Positions 11,465-25,200 of a stretch of 64,000 nucleotides of DNA are shown here, one piece after another. The translations under genes were made by a program, and so were the position numbers. Every line of letters begins with the position of its first letter. Position 1 is the stretch's first letter. This DNA is from Squalus acanthias (taxonomy: Eukaryota). The stretch lies in contig JASTWF010001532.1 in the NCBI GenBank assembly GCA_030390025.1, positions 1-64,000 on the forward strand. The letters run 5' to 3'. The notes under the pieces were generated by a model, which was given only the letters and a program-made list of their open reading frames with translations, did not search any database and was not told where the DNA came from.

Positions 11465-11543
11465 AACTCCAATATTGCACACAGCACATTCACATTTCGT
11501 ATGAGCATCTCCTTAATTTGAAACCGATCTCAGACGAGATGCT

Positions 11544-13035
11544 GAGGGTTAGTGGACTAGAGGGATGGGCTTCGATGGGAGAGTTAGGGGACTAGAGGGA
11601 TGGGCTTTGATGGGAGAGTTAGGGGACTAGAGGGATGGGCTTCGATGGGAGAGTTAGGGGACTAGAGGATGGGCTTCGATGGGAGTGTTAGGGGACTAGA
11701 GGGATGGGCTTCGATGGGAGGGTTAGGGGACAAGAGGGATGGGCTTCGATGGGAGAGTTAGGGGACTAGAGGGATGGGCTTCGATGGGAGAGTTAGGGGA
11801 CTAGAGGGATGGGCTTTGATGGGAGAGTTAGGGGACTAGAGGGATGGGCTTTGATGGGAGAGTTAGGGGACTAGAGGGATGGGCTTCGATGGGAGAGTTA
11901 GGGGACTAGAGGGATGGGCTTTGATGGGAGAGTTAGGGGACTAGAGGGATGGGCTTCGATGGGAGAGTTAGGGGACTAGAGGGATGGGCTTCGATGGGAG
12001 AGTTAGGGGACTAGAGGGATGGGCTTTCATGGGAGAGTTAGGGGACTAGAGGGATGGGCTTCGATGGGAGGGTTAGTGGACTAGAGGGATGGGCTTTCAT
12101 GGGAGAGTTAGGGGACTAGAGGGATGGGCTTCGATGGGAGGGTTAGTGGACCAGAGGGATGGGCTTCGATGGGAGAGTTAGGGGACTAGAGGGATGGGCT
12201 TTCATGGGAGAGTTAGGGGACTAGAGGGATGGGCTTCGATGGGAGGGTTAGTGGACTAGAGGGATGGGCTTTCATGGGAGAGTTAGGGGACTAGAGGGAT
12301 GGGCTTCGATGGGAGGGTTAGTGGACCAGAGGGATGGGCTTCGATGGGAGAGTTAGGGGACTGGAGGGATGGGCTTCGATGGGAGAGTTAGGGGACTAGA
12401 GGGATGGGCTTCGATGGGAGTGTTAGGGGACTAGAGGGATGGGCTTCGATGGGAATGTTAGGGGACTAGAGGGATGGGCTTCGATGGGAATGTTAGGGGA
12501 CTAGAGGGATGGGCTTCGATGGGAGGGTTAGTGGACCAGAGGGATGGGCTTCGATGGGAGGGTTAGGGGACTAGAGGGATGGGCTTCGATGGGAGAGTTA
12601 GGGGACTAGAGGAATGGGCTTCGATGGGAGTGTTAGGGGACTAGAGGGATGGGCTTCGATGGGAGAGTTAGTGGACTAGAGGGATGGGCTTCGATGGGAG
12701 AGTTAGGGGACTAGAGGGATGGGCTTCGATGGGAGAGTTAGGGGACTAGAGGGATGGGCTTCAATGGGAGTGTTAGTGGACTAGAGGGATGGGCTTCGAT
12801 GGGAGTGTTAGGGGACTAGAGAGATGGGCTTCGATGGGAAGGTTAGGGGACTAGAGGGATGGGCTTCGATGGGAGTGTTAGGGGACTAGAGAGATGGGCT
12901 TCGATGGGAAGGTTGGAGGACTAGAGGGATGGGCTTCGATGGGAGAGTTAGGGGACCAGAGGGATGGGCTTCGATGGGAGAGTTGGCGGTTAAGAGGGAT
13001 GGGCTTCGATGGGAGTGCTGGAGGTCTAGAGGGAG
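11544..13035. repeat. 35-bp minisatellite (~42 copies) in the putative TAPBPR 3' UTR
   Basis: Unit gggatgggcttcgatgggagagttaggggactaga. Confidence 0.95.
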
Positions 13036-13213
13036 AGGATTCTCTGGGAGAGTTAAGGAACCTGCTGACCACACTGGGCGAGGTCAGGCTAACTCGGCAC
13101 AGGCCGGTGATGGAGCCTGGGCCTTTCCTGTTCTCTCCACGACTCCTCTTCTCCACGGACGGGCTACCTGGCACAGGACCCCCCTGTCGGACCCGCCGGG
13201 AATGTCGATGATC

Positions 13214-13228
13214 TCAGTTCGCCGTCGC
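13214..13228 (-). CDS. TAPBPL: TAPBPR terminal coding exon (ATAN-stop with exon 7; GDGELRSSTFPAGPTGGSCAR-stop ending at 13164 if exon 7 is skipped)
   Basis: Acceptor ttctttcccctttcag| at 13229-13230. Confidence 0.65.
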   Translation of the reverse strand, partial: ATAN

Positions 13229-16200
13229 CTGAAAGGGGAAAGAATTAAATCCACGTGAGTCAGCCCGGGGGAAACCCGGGGCAGAATTAACTCGAGGGGC
13301 AGGCTCTGGGCCTACTCGCAGGCCTCACCGGGCGCTGGCCTGTGATTGGTGGTCGGGAGGGGTCAAGTGGCGGGGGTCGCGACCTTTCACCTTGCACCTC
13401 CTCCCCAAGGCGGCCATTTTGTATCTTTTACGCCAAGATTGGAAAGGGGTCAGGAGGGATGGGGATTGGGGGAGGGGGGGGGGGGCGAGGGTGAACGAAG
13501 GGGAAAATAACCCACCGTCTCCTGTCCTGCTCCGTTCGGAGGTCCTGTTGGAAGAAAGAGAGGGGAAATGGGTTACTTTAGGCGTCCTACAAAACCAGAA
13601 TTAGCCCCCCCCTTCCCCTCCCCCTCCCCGTCTCTCGCCACCCCTCCCCCGATGCGGTTGACACACAGCCTGCTTCCTGGTACCTCACCCAAGGGGTCCG
13701 CTCGGTGGGAGCAGGATATTGCACTGTGGAGGGCATCACAGCCAGGCCCCGATCCTGTCTTCACTCGACCCCGGCCCACCAAACCCACCCACATCGAACC
13801 ACCCCCCCATTCAGTGGTTGTCAAGAGCAGGAACCCCTGGTCGATTGACCCCTCACCCCTCCCTAAGCGGGCGGTACTGAGGCTAACTGTAGCTCTCTAC
13901 ACACCCCGACACCCAGCTCTACTGGGACTGTCGAACTCAGAACAGGCCAGGGACAAAGCTGGGGCCTTTCCCGCTCTGTGTCTCCTGATGGGGAGAGACT
14001 CCCTCTTTAAAAGGGGTCCCTGATGGAGAGACTCCCCCTTTAAACGGGTTCACTGATGGAGAGACTCCCTCTTTAAAAGGGGTCTCTGATGGAGAGACTC
14101 CCTCTTTAAAAGGGGTCCCTGATGGAGAGAGACTCCCTCTTTAAAAGGGGTCCCTGATGGAGAGACTCCCTCTTTAAAAGGGGTCCCTGATGGAGAGAGA
14201 CTCCCTCTTTAAAAGGGGTCCCTGATGGAGAGACTCCCTCTTTAAAAGGGGTCCCTGATGGGGAGAGACTCCCTCTTTAAAAGGGGTCCCTGATGGAGAG
14301 ACTCCCCCTTTAAACGGGTTCACTGATGGAGAGACTCCCTCTTTAAAAGGGGTCTCTGATGGAGAGACTCCCTCTTTAAAAGGGTTCACTGATGGAGAGA
14401 CTCCCTCTTTAAAAGGGGTCTCTGATGGAGAGACTCCCTCTTTAAAAGGGGTCCCTGATGAAGAGAGACTCCCTCTTTAAAAGGGGTCCCTGATGGAGAG
14501 ACTCCCTCTTTAAAAGGGGTCCCTGATGGAGAGAGACTCCCTCTTTAAAAGGGGTCTCTGATGGGGAGAGAGACTCCCTCTTTAAAAGGGGTCCCTGATG
14601 GAGAGAGACTCCCTCTTGAGAAGGTGTCCCTGATGGAGAGACTCCCTCTTTAAAAGGGGTCCCTGATGGAGAGACTCCCTCTTTAAAAGGGGTCTCTGAT
14701 GGAGAGAGATTCCCTCTTTAAAAGGGGTCCTTGATGGAGAGACTCCCTCTTTAAAATGGGTCCCTGATGGAGAGAGACTCCCTCTTTAAAAGGGGTCACT
14801 GATGGAGAGAGACTCCCTCTTTAAAAGGGGTCCTTGATGGAGAGAGACTCCCTCTTTAAAAGGGGTCACTGATGGAGAGACTCCCTCTTTAAAAGGGTCT
14901 CTGATGGAGAGAGACTCCCTCTTTAAAAGGGGTCCCTGATGGAGAGACTCCCTCTTTAAAAGGGGTCCTTGATGGAGAGAGACTCCCTCTTTAAAAGGGG
15001 TCACTGATGGAGAGACTCCCTCTTTAAAAGGGGTCACTGATGGCGAGACTCCCTCTTTAAAAGGGGTCACTGATGGGGAGAGACTCCCTCTTTAAAAGTG
15101 GTCTCTGATGGAGAGACTCCCTCTTTAAAAGGGGTCCCTGATGGGGAGAGACTCCCTCTTTAAAAGGGGTCCCTGATGGAGAGACTCCCTCTTTAAAAGG
15201 GGTCCCTGATGGAGAGACTCCCTCTTTAAAAGGGGTCCCTGATGGAGAGAGACTCCCTCTTTAAAAGAGGTCCCTGATGGGGAGAGACTCCCTCTTTAAA
15301 AGGGGTCCCTGATGGAGAGAGACTCCCTCTTTAAAAGGGGTCCCTGATGGGGAGAGACTCCCTCTTTAAAAGGGGTCCTTGATGGAGAGACTCCCTCTTT
15401 AAAAGGGTCTCTGATGCGGAGAGACTCCCTCTTTAAAAGGGGTCCCTGATGGAGAGACTCCCTCTTTAAAAGGGGTCACTGATGGGGAGAGACTCCCTCT
15501 TTAAAAGTGGTCTCTGATGGAGAGACTCCCTCTTTAAAAGGGGTCCCTGATGGGGAGAGACTCCCTCTTTAAAAGGGGTCCCTGATGGAGAGACTCCCTC
15601 TTTAAAAGGGGTCCCTGATGGGGAGAGACTCCCTCTTTAAAAGGGGTCACTGATGGAGAGACTCCCTCTTTAAAAGGGGTCACTGATGGGGAGAGACTCC
15701 CTCTTTAAAAGTGGTCTCTGATGGAGAGACTCCCTCTTTAAAAGGGGTCCCTGATGGGGAGAGACTCCCTCTTTAAAAGGGGTCCCTGATGGGGAGAGAC
15801 TCCCTCTTTAAAAGGATTCCCCGATGGGGAGAGAGACTCCCTCTTCAAAAGGAGTTACTGATGGAGAGAGACTCCCTCTTTAAAAGGGGTCCCTGATGGA
15901 GAGAGACTCCCTCTTTAAAAGGGGTCACTGATGGAGAGAGACTCCCTCTTTAAAAGGGGTCTCTGATGGGGAGAGAGACTCTCTCTTTAAAAGGGGTCCC
16001 TGATGGAGAGAGACTCCCTCTTTAGAAGGGGTCCCTGATGGAGAGACTCCCTCTTTAAAAGGGGTCCCTGATGGAGAGACTCCCTCTTTAAAAGGGTCTC
16101 TGATGCGGAGAGACTCCCTCTTTAAAAGGGGTCTCTGATGGAGAGAGACTCCCTCTTTAAAAGGGGTCCCTGATGGGGAGACTCCCTCTTTAAAAGGGGT

Positions 16201-19200
16201 CCCTGATGGAGAGAGACTCCCTCTTTAAAAGGGGTCCTTGATGGAGAGACTCCCTCTTTAAAAGGGTCTCTGATGCGGAGAGACTCCCTCTTTAAAAGGG
16301 GTCCCTGATGGAGAGACTCCCTCTTTAAAAGGGTCTCTGATGCGGATACCCTAGTAGCTGCGGTCCTTACCTGCTTGTTTTGGAGTTTCTCGACAGAAGT
16401 GCATAATGGCGAGGAGGAAGAGGACTGAGGCGATGAGACTACCGTACAGAGCTGACTGACTGCCCTCCTTGGACCCTGCAAGGGGGATGAGAAGGGAGCA
16501 GATTGATAACCAACATGAGGGACAGTCGGACCACTAAATTACTGTCCAATCTGTGAACTCGCTCCCCTGCCCCTTCCCCATTCAACCCTCCCGAGGGAAC
16601 GAGATTCACCCTCTGCTACCTAATCCCAATCGGCGGGGATGAACCCTCTCACCCACCTACTCCCAGTTACAGACACCGGGCAGCCTATTCCCTATCGGAG
16701 GGGATTAACCCTCTCACCCACCTCCTCCCAGTTACAGACACTGGGCAGCCTGTTCCCTATCGGAGGGGATTAACCCACTCACCCACCTCCTCCCAGTTAC
16801 AGACACCGGGCAGCCTGTTCCCCTATCGGAGGGGATTAACCCTCTCACCCACCTCCTCCCAGTTACAGACACCGGGCAGCCTGTTCCCCTATCGGAGGGG
16901 ATTAACCGTCTCACCCACCTCCTCCCAGTTACAGACACCGGGCAGCCTGTTTCCGATCAGAGGGGATTAACCCTCTCACCCACCTCCTCCCAGTTACAGA
17001 CACCGTGCAGCCTGTTCCCTATCGGAGGGGATTAACCCTCTCACCCACCTCCTCCCAGTTACAGAGACCGGGCAGCCTGTTCCCTATCGGAGCGGATTAA
17101 CCCTCTCACCCACCTCCTCCCAGTTACAGACACCGGGCAGCCTGTTCCCTATCAGAGAGGATTAACCCTCTCACCCACCTCCTCCCAGTTACAGACACCG
17201 GGCAGCCTGTTCCCTATCGGAGGGGATTAACCCTCTCACCCACCTTCTCCCAGTTACAGACACTGGGCAGCCTGTTCTCTATCGGAGGGGGATTAACCCT
17301 CTCACCCACCTCCTCCCAGTTACAGACACCGGGCAGCCTGTTCCCTATCGGAGTGGATTAACCCTCTCACCCACCTCCTCCCAGTTACAGACACCGGGCA
17401 GCCTGTTCCCTATCGGAGGAGATTAACCCTCTCACCCACCTCCTCCCAGTTACAGAAACCGGGAGGCCTGTTCCCTATCGGAGGGGGATTAACTCTCTCA
17501 CCCACCTCCTCCCAGTTACAGACACCAGGCAGCCTGTTCCCCTATCGGAGGGGATTAACCCTCTCAACCCCTCACCTCCCAGTTACAGACACCAGGCAGC
17601 CTGTTCCCTGTCGGAGGGGATTAACCCTCTCAACCCCTCACCTCCCAGTTACAGACACCGGGCAGCCTGTTCCCTATCGGAGGGGATTAACCCTCTCACC
17701 CACCTCCTCCCAGTTACAGACACCGGGCAGCCTGTTCCCTATCAGAGGGGATTAACCCTCTCACCCACCTACTGCCAGTTACAGACACTGGGCAGCCTGT
17801 TCCCCTATCAGAGGGGGATTATCCCTCTCACCCACCTCCTCCCAATTACAGACACCGGGCAGCCTGTTCCCTATCGGAAGGGATTAACCCTCTCACCCAC
17901 CTCCTCCCAGTTACAGACACCGGGCAGCCTGTTCCCTATCGGAGGGGGATTAACCCTCTCACCCACCTCCTCCCAGTTACAGACACTGGGCAGCCCATTC
18001 CCCTAGCGGAGGGGATGAACCCTCTCACCCACCTCCTCCCAGTTACAGACATCAGGCAGCCTGTTCCCTATCGGAGGGGGATTAACCCTCTCACCCACCT
18101 CCTCCCAGTTATTTGACACCGGGCAGCCTGTTCCCTATCGGAGTGGGATTAACCCTCTCACCCACCTCCTCCCAGTTACAGACACCAAACCTGTTTCCCT
18201 ATCGGAGTGGATTAACCCTCTCACCCACCTCCTCCCAGTTATAGACACTGGGCAGCCCGTTCCCTATCAGAGGGGATTAACCCTCTCACCCACCTCCTCC
18301 CAGTTACAGATACCGGGCAGCCTGTTCCCTATCGGAGGGGATTAACCCTCTCACCCACCTCCTCCCAGTTACAGACACCTGGCAGCCTGTTCCCTATCGG
18401 AGGGGATTAACCCTCTCACTCACCTCCTCCCAGTTACAGACACCGGACAGCCTGTTCCCCATCAGAGGGGGATTTATCCTCTCACCCACCTCCTCCCAGT
18501 TACAGACACCGGGCAGGCTGTTCCCCTCTCGGAGGGGATTAACCCTCTCACCCACCTCCTCCCAGTTACAGACACTGGGCAGCCTGTTCCCTATCGGAGG
18601 GGATTAACCCTCTCACCCACCTCCTCCCAGTTACAGACAACGGGCAGCCTGTTCCCTATTGGACGGGGATTAACCCTCTCACCCACCTCCTCCCAGTTAC
18701 AGACACCGGGCAGCCCATTCCCTAATCGGAGGGGGATTAACCCTCTCACCCACCTCCTCCCAGTTACAGACACTGGGCAGCCTGTTCCCTATCGGAGGGG
18801 GATTAACCCTCTCACCCACCTCCTCCCAGTTACAGACACTGGGCAGCCTGTTCCCTATCGGAGGGGATTAACCCTCTCACCCACCTCCTCCCAGTTACAG
18901 ACACCGGGCAGCCTGTTCCCCATCAGAGGGGATTAACCCTCTCACCCTCCACCTCCCAGTTACAGACACCAGGCAGTCTGTTCCCTATCGGAGGGGATTA
19001 ACCCTCTCACCCACCTCCTCCCAGTTACAGACACTGGGCAGCCTGTTCCCCTATCAGAGGGGATTAACCCTCTCACCCACCTCCTCCCAGTTACAGACAC
19101 TGGGCAGCCTGTTCCCCTATCGGAGGGGATTAACCCTCTCACCCACCTCCTCCCAGTTACAGACACCGGGCAGCCTGTTCCCTATCGGAGGGGGATTAAC

Positions 19201-22200
19201 CCTCTCACCCACCTCCTCCCAATTACAGACACTGGGCAGCCTGTTCCCCTATCGGAGGGGGATTAACCCTCTCACCCACCTCCTCCCAGTTACAGACACC
19301 GGGCAGGCTGTTCCCCTATCGGAGGGGATTAACCCTCTCACCCACCTCCTCCCAGTTACAGACACTGGGCAGCCTGTTCCCTATCGGACGGGGATTAACC
19401 CTCTCACCCACCTCCTCCCAGTTACAGACACCGGGCAGCCCGTTCCCTAATCGGAGGGGGATTAACCCTCTCACCCACCTCCTCCCAGTTACAGACACCG
19501 GGCAGCCTGTTCCCCTATCGGAGGGGGATTAACCCTCACACCCACCTCCTCCCAGTTACAGACACCGGGCAGCCTGTTCCCCTGTCTGAGGGGATTATCC
19601 CTCTCACCAACCTCCTCCCAGTTACAGACACTGGGCAGCCTGTTCCCTATCGGAGGGGGATTAACCCTCTCACCCACCTCCTCCCAGTTACAGACACTGG
19701 GCAGCCTGTTCCCTATCGGAGGGGATTAACCCTCTCACCCACCTCCTCCCAGTTACAGACACCGGGCAGCCTGTTCCCCTATCGGAGGGGGATTAACCCT
19801 CTCACCCACCTCCTCCCAATTACAGACACCGGGCAGCCTGTTCCCCTATCGGAGGGGATTAACCCTTTCCTTACCGGTCCAATTTTCCAGGCGGAGCGTT
19901 TTGACGAGGGGTGTCTCCAGGGAGATGTGCGACACCTCGCAGGTGTAGACAACCCCGGCCTCCCCCGGGCTGGGCGCCACCTCGACCGCGGCCGAGAGGT
20001 TGAAGGTCCCGTCCTTGTTGCGACGGTGGCTGGAGAAGGAGACGCCGGAGAGGGCGCGGGGTCCGAAGTCGTCCCCTGGGTACTCCACGGTCCACTTCAC
20101 GCTAGCCTCCAGAGGGTAGTAGCGACTGACCTCGCAAGCGAGCCTCTCCCGCATCCCCTCCCTGAAATACATGGTATCCGGGTTCAACCGTACCTGCGGG
20201 GACTCTGAAAGAAAAATCCAGACATCGGGTGAGAAATCTGCCGAGGCTCCCTCTCTCTCAGGGAGATATCTGTACACTGACTGGTGTCTCTCAGTCCCTC
20301 TCTCTCAGGGAGATATCTGTACACTGACTGGTGTCTCTCAGTCCCTCTCCCTCAAGGAGATATCTGTACACTGACTGGTGTCTCTCCGTCCCCTCTCTCT
20401 CAGGGAGATATCTGTACACTGACTGGTGTCTCTCAGTCCCTCTCTCTCAGCGAGATATCTGTACACTGACTGGTGTCTCTCAGACCCTCTCTCTCTCAGG
20501 GAGATATCTGTACACTGACTGGTGTCTCTCAGTCGCTCTCCAACATGGAGATATCTGTACACTGACTGGTGTCTCTCAGTCCCTCTCTCTCAGGGAGATA
20601 TCTGTACACTGACTGGTGTCTCTCAGTCCCTCCCTCTCAGGGAGATATCTGTACACTGACTGGTGTCTCTCAGTCCCCTCTCCCTCAGGGAGATATCTGT
20701 ACACTGACTGGTGTCTCTCAGTCCCCTCTCCCTCAGGGAGATATCTGTACACTGACTGGTGTCTCTCAGTCCCCTCTCCCTCATGGAAATATCTGTACAC
20801 TGACTGGTGTCTCTCAGTCCCTCTCTCTCAGGGAGATATCTGTACACTGACTGGTGTCTCTCAGTCCCCTCTCCCTCAGGGAGATATCTGTACACTGACT
20901 GGTGTCTCTCAGTCCCCTCTCTCTCATGGAGATATCTGTACAGTGACTGGTGTCCCTCAGTCCCTCTCCCTCAGGGAGATATCTGTACAGTAACTGGTGT
21001 CTCTCAGTCCCTCTCTCTCAGGGAGATATCTGTACACTGACTGGTGTCTCTCAGTCCCTCACTCTCAGGGAGATATCTGTACACTGACAGGTGTCTCAGT
21101 CCCTCACTCAGAGAGATATCTGTACACTGACTGGTGTCTCTCAGTCCCCTCTCCCTCAGGGAGATATCTGTACAATGACTGGTGTCTCTCAGTCCCTCTC
21201 CCTCAGGGTGATATCTGTACACTGACTGGTGTCTCTCAGTCCCTCTTTCTTGGGGAGATATCTGTACACTGACTGGTGTCTCTCAGCCCCTCTCTCTCAG
21301 GGAGATATCTGTACACTGACTGGTGTCACTCAGCCCCTCTCTCTCAGGGAGATATCTGTACACTGACTGGTGTCTCTCAGTCCCTCTTTCTTGGGGAGAT
21401 ATCTATACACTGACTGGTGTCTCTCAGTCCCTCTCCCTCAGGGAGATATCTGTACACTGACTGGTGTCTCTCAGTCCCTCTCTCTCGGAGATATCTGTAC
21501 ACTGACTGGTGTCTCAGTCCCTCTCTCTCAGGATGATATCTGTACACTGACTGGTGTCTCTCAGTCCCTCTCCCTCAGGGAGATATCTGTACACTGACTG
21601 GTGTCTCTCAGTTCCTCTCTCTCTCAGGGAGATATCTGTACACTGACTGGTGTCTCTCAGTCCCCTCTCCCTCAGGGTGATATCTGTACATTCACTGGTG
21701 TCTCTCAGTCCCTCTCTCTCAGGGAGATATCTGTACACTGACTGGTGTCTCTCAGTCCCTCTTTCTTGGGGAGATATCTGTACACTGACTGGTGTCTCAG
21801 TCCCCTCTCTCAGGGAGATATCTTTACACTGACTGGTGTCTCTCAGGCCCTCTCCCTCAGGGAGATATCTGTACACTGACTGGTGTCTCTCAGTCCCTCT
21901 CTCTCAGGGAGATATCTGTGCACTGACTGGTGTCTCTCAGTCCTTCTCCCTCAAGGAGATATCTGTACACTGACTGGTGTCTCTCCGTCCCCTCTCTCTC
22001 AGGGAGATATCTGTACACTGACTGGTGTCTCTCAGACACTCTCTCTCTCAGGGAGATATCTGTACACTGGCTGGTGTCTCTCAGTCCCTCTCCAACATGG
22101 AGATATCTGTACAGTGACTGGTGTCTCTCAGTCTCTCTCTCTCAGGGAGATATCTGTACACTGACTGGTATCTCTCAGTTCCTCTCTCTCAGGGAGATAT

Positions 22201-25200
22201 CTGTACACTGACTGGTGTCCCTCAGTCCCTCTCCCTCAGGGAGATATCTGTACACTGACTGGTGTCTCTCAGTCCCCTCTCCCTCAGGGAGATATCAGTA
22301 CACTGATTGGTGTCTCTCAGTCACTCTCCCTCAGGGAGATATCTTTACACTGACTGGTGTCTCTCAGTCCCTCTCTCAGGGAGATATCTGTACACTGACT
22401 GGTGTCTCTCAGTTCCTCTCTCTCTCAGGGAGATATCTGTACACTGACTGGTGTCTCTCAGTCCCCTCTCTCTCAGGGAGATATCTGTACACTGACTGGT
22501 GTCTCTCAGTCCCTCTTTCTTGGGGAGATATCTGTACACAGACTGGTGTCTCAGTCCCCTCTCTCAGGGAGATATCTTTACACTGACTGGTGTCTCTCAG
22601 GCCCTCTCCCTCAGGGAGATATCTGTACACTGACTGGCGTCTCTCAGTCCCTCTCTCTCAGGGAGATATCTGTACACTGACTGGTGTCTCTCAGTCCCTC
22701 TCCCTCAAGGAGATATCTGTACACTGACTGNNNNNNNNNNNNNNNNNNNNNNNNNNNNNNNNNNNNNNNNNNNNNNNNNNNNNNNNNNNNNNNNNNNNNN
22801 NNNNNNNNNNNNNNNNNNNNNNNNNNNNNNNNNNNNNNNNNNNNNNNNNNNNNNNNNNNNNNNNNNNNNNNNNNNNNNNNNNNNNNNNNNNNNNNNNNNN
22901 NNNNNNNNNNNNNNNNNNNNNNNNNNNNNNGATATCTGTACACTGACTGGTGTCTCTCAGTCCCTCTCTCTCAGGGAGATATCTGTACACTGACTGGTGT
23001 CTCTCAGTCCCTCTCTCTCAGGGAGATATCTGTACACTGACTGGTGTCTCTCAGCCCCTCTCTCTCAGGGAGATATCTGTACACTGACTGGTGTCTCTCA
23101 GTCCCTCTCTCTTGGGGAGATATCTGTACACTGACTGGTGTCTCTCAGTCCCTCTCCCTCAGGGAGATATCTGTACACTGACTGGTGTCTCTCAGTCCCT
23201 CTCTCTCGGAGATATCTGTACACTGACTGGTGTCTCAGTCCCTCTCTCTCAGGATGATATCTGTACACTGACTGGTGTCTCTCAGTCCCTCTCCCTCAGG
23301 GAGATATCTGTACACTGACTGGTGTCTCTCAGTCCTCCTCTCTCTCTCAGGGAGATATCTGTACACTGACTGGTGTCTCTCAGTCCCCTCTCCCTCAGGT
23401 GATATCTGTACACTGACTGGTGTCTCTCAGTCCCTCTCTCTCAGGAGATATCTGTACACTGACTGGTGTCTCTCAGTCCCTCTTTCTTGGGAGATATCTG
23501 TACACTGACTGGTGTCTCTCAGTCCCCTCTCTCAGGGAGATATCTGTACACTGACTGGTGTCTCTCAGTCCCCCTCTCCCTCAGGGAGATATCTGTACAC
23601 TGACTGGTGTCTCTCAGTCCCTCTCTCTCAGAGAGATATATGTACACTGACTGGTGTCTCTCAGTCCCTCTCCCTCAAGGAGATATCTGTACACTGACTG
23701 TGTCTCTCTCAGTCCCTCTCTCTCAGGGAGATATCTGTACACTGACTGGTGTCTCTCAGACCTCTCTCTCAGGGAGATATCTGTACACTGACTGGTGTCT
23801 CTCTCAGTCCCTTCCACTGAGATATCTGTACACTGACTGGTGTCTCTCAGTCCCTCTCTCTCAGGGAGATATCTGTACACTGACTGGTGTCTCTCAGTTC
23901 CTCTCTCTCAGGGAGATATCTGTACACTGACTGGTGTCCCTCAGTCCCTCTCCCTCAGGGAGATATCTGTACACTGACTGGTGTCTCTCAGTCCCCTCTC
24001 CCTCAGGGAGATATCTGTACACTGACTGGTGTCTCTCAGTCCCTCTCCCTCAGGGAGATATCTGTACACTGACTGGTGTCTCTCAGTCCCTCTCTCAGGG
24101 AGATATCTGTACACTGACTGGTGTCTCTCAGTCCCTCTCTCTCTCAGGGAGATATCTGTACACTGACTGGTGTCTCTCAGTCCCCTCTCTCTCAGGGAGA
24201 TATCTGTACACTGACTGGTGTCTCTCAGTCCCTCTCTCTTTGGAGATATCTGTACACTGACTGGTGTCCTCAGTCCCCTCTCTCAGGGAGATATCTTACA
24301 CTGACTGGTGTCTCTCAGTCCCTCTCCCTCAGGGAGATATCTGTACACTGACTGGTGTCTCTCAGTCCCTCTCTCTCAGGGAGATATCTGTACACTGACT
24401 GGTGTCTCTCAGTCCCCTCTCCTCAGGGAGATATCTGTACACTGACTGGTGTCTCTCTGTCCCCTCTCTCTCAGGGAGATATCTGTACACTGACTGGTGT
24501 CTCTCAGTCCCTCTTTCTTGGGGTGATATCTGTACACTGACTGGTGTATCTCAGTCCCTCTCTCGCAGGGAGATATCTGTACACTGACTGGTGTCTCTCA
24601 GTCCCCCTCCCTCAAGGAGATATCTGTACACTGACTGGTGTCTCTCCGTCCCCTCTCTCTCAGGGAGATATCTGTACACTGACTGGTGTCTCTCAGTCCC
24701 TCTCTCTCAGGGAGATATCTGTACACTGACTGGTGTCTCTCAGACCCTCTCTCTCTCAGGGAGATATCTGTACACTGACTGGTGTCTCTCAGTCCCTCTC
24801 CAACATGGAGATATCTGTACACTGACTGGTGTCTCTCAGTCCCCTCTCCCTCAGGGAGATATCTGTACACTGACTGGTGTCTCTCAGTCCCCTCTCCCTC
24901 GGGAGATATCTGTACACTGACTGGTGTCTCTCAGTCCCCTCTCCCTCAGGGAGATATCTGTACACTGACTGGTGTCTCTCAGTCCCCTCTCTCTCAGGGA
25001 GATATCTGTACACTGACTGGTGTCTCTCAGTCCCCTCTCCCTCAGGGAGATATCTGTACACTGACTGGTGTCTCTCAGTCCCTCTCCCTCAGGGAGATAT
25101 CTGTACACTGACTGGTGTCTCAGGCCCCTCTCCCTCAGGGAGATATCTATACACTGACTGGTGTCTCTCAGTCCCTCTTTCTTGGGGAGATATCTGTACA

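Noticed and set aside
11544-13035. Interstitial telomere
   Set aside because: Only one TTAGGG per 35-bp unit, not tandem hexamers.
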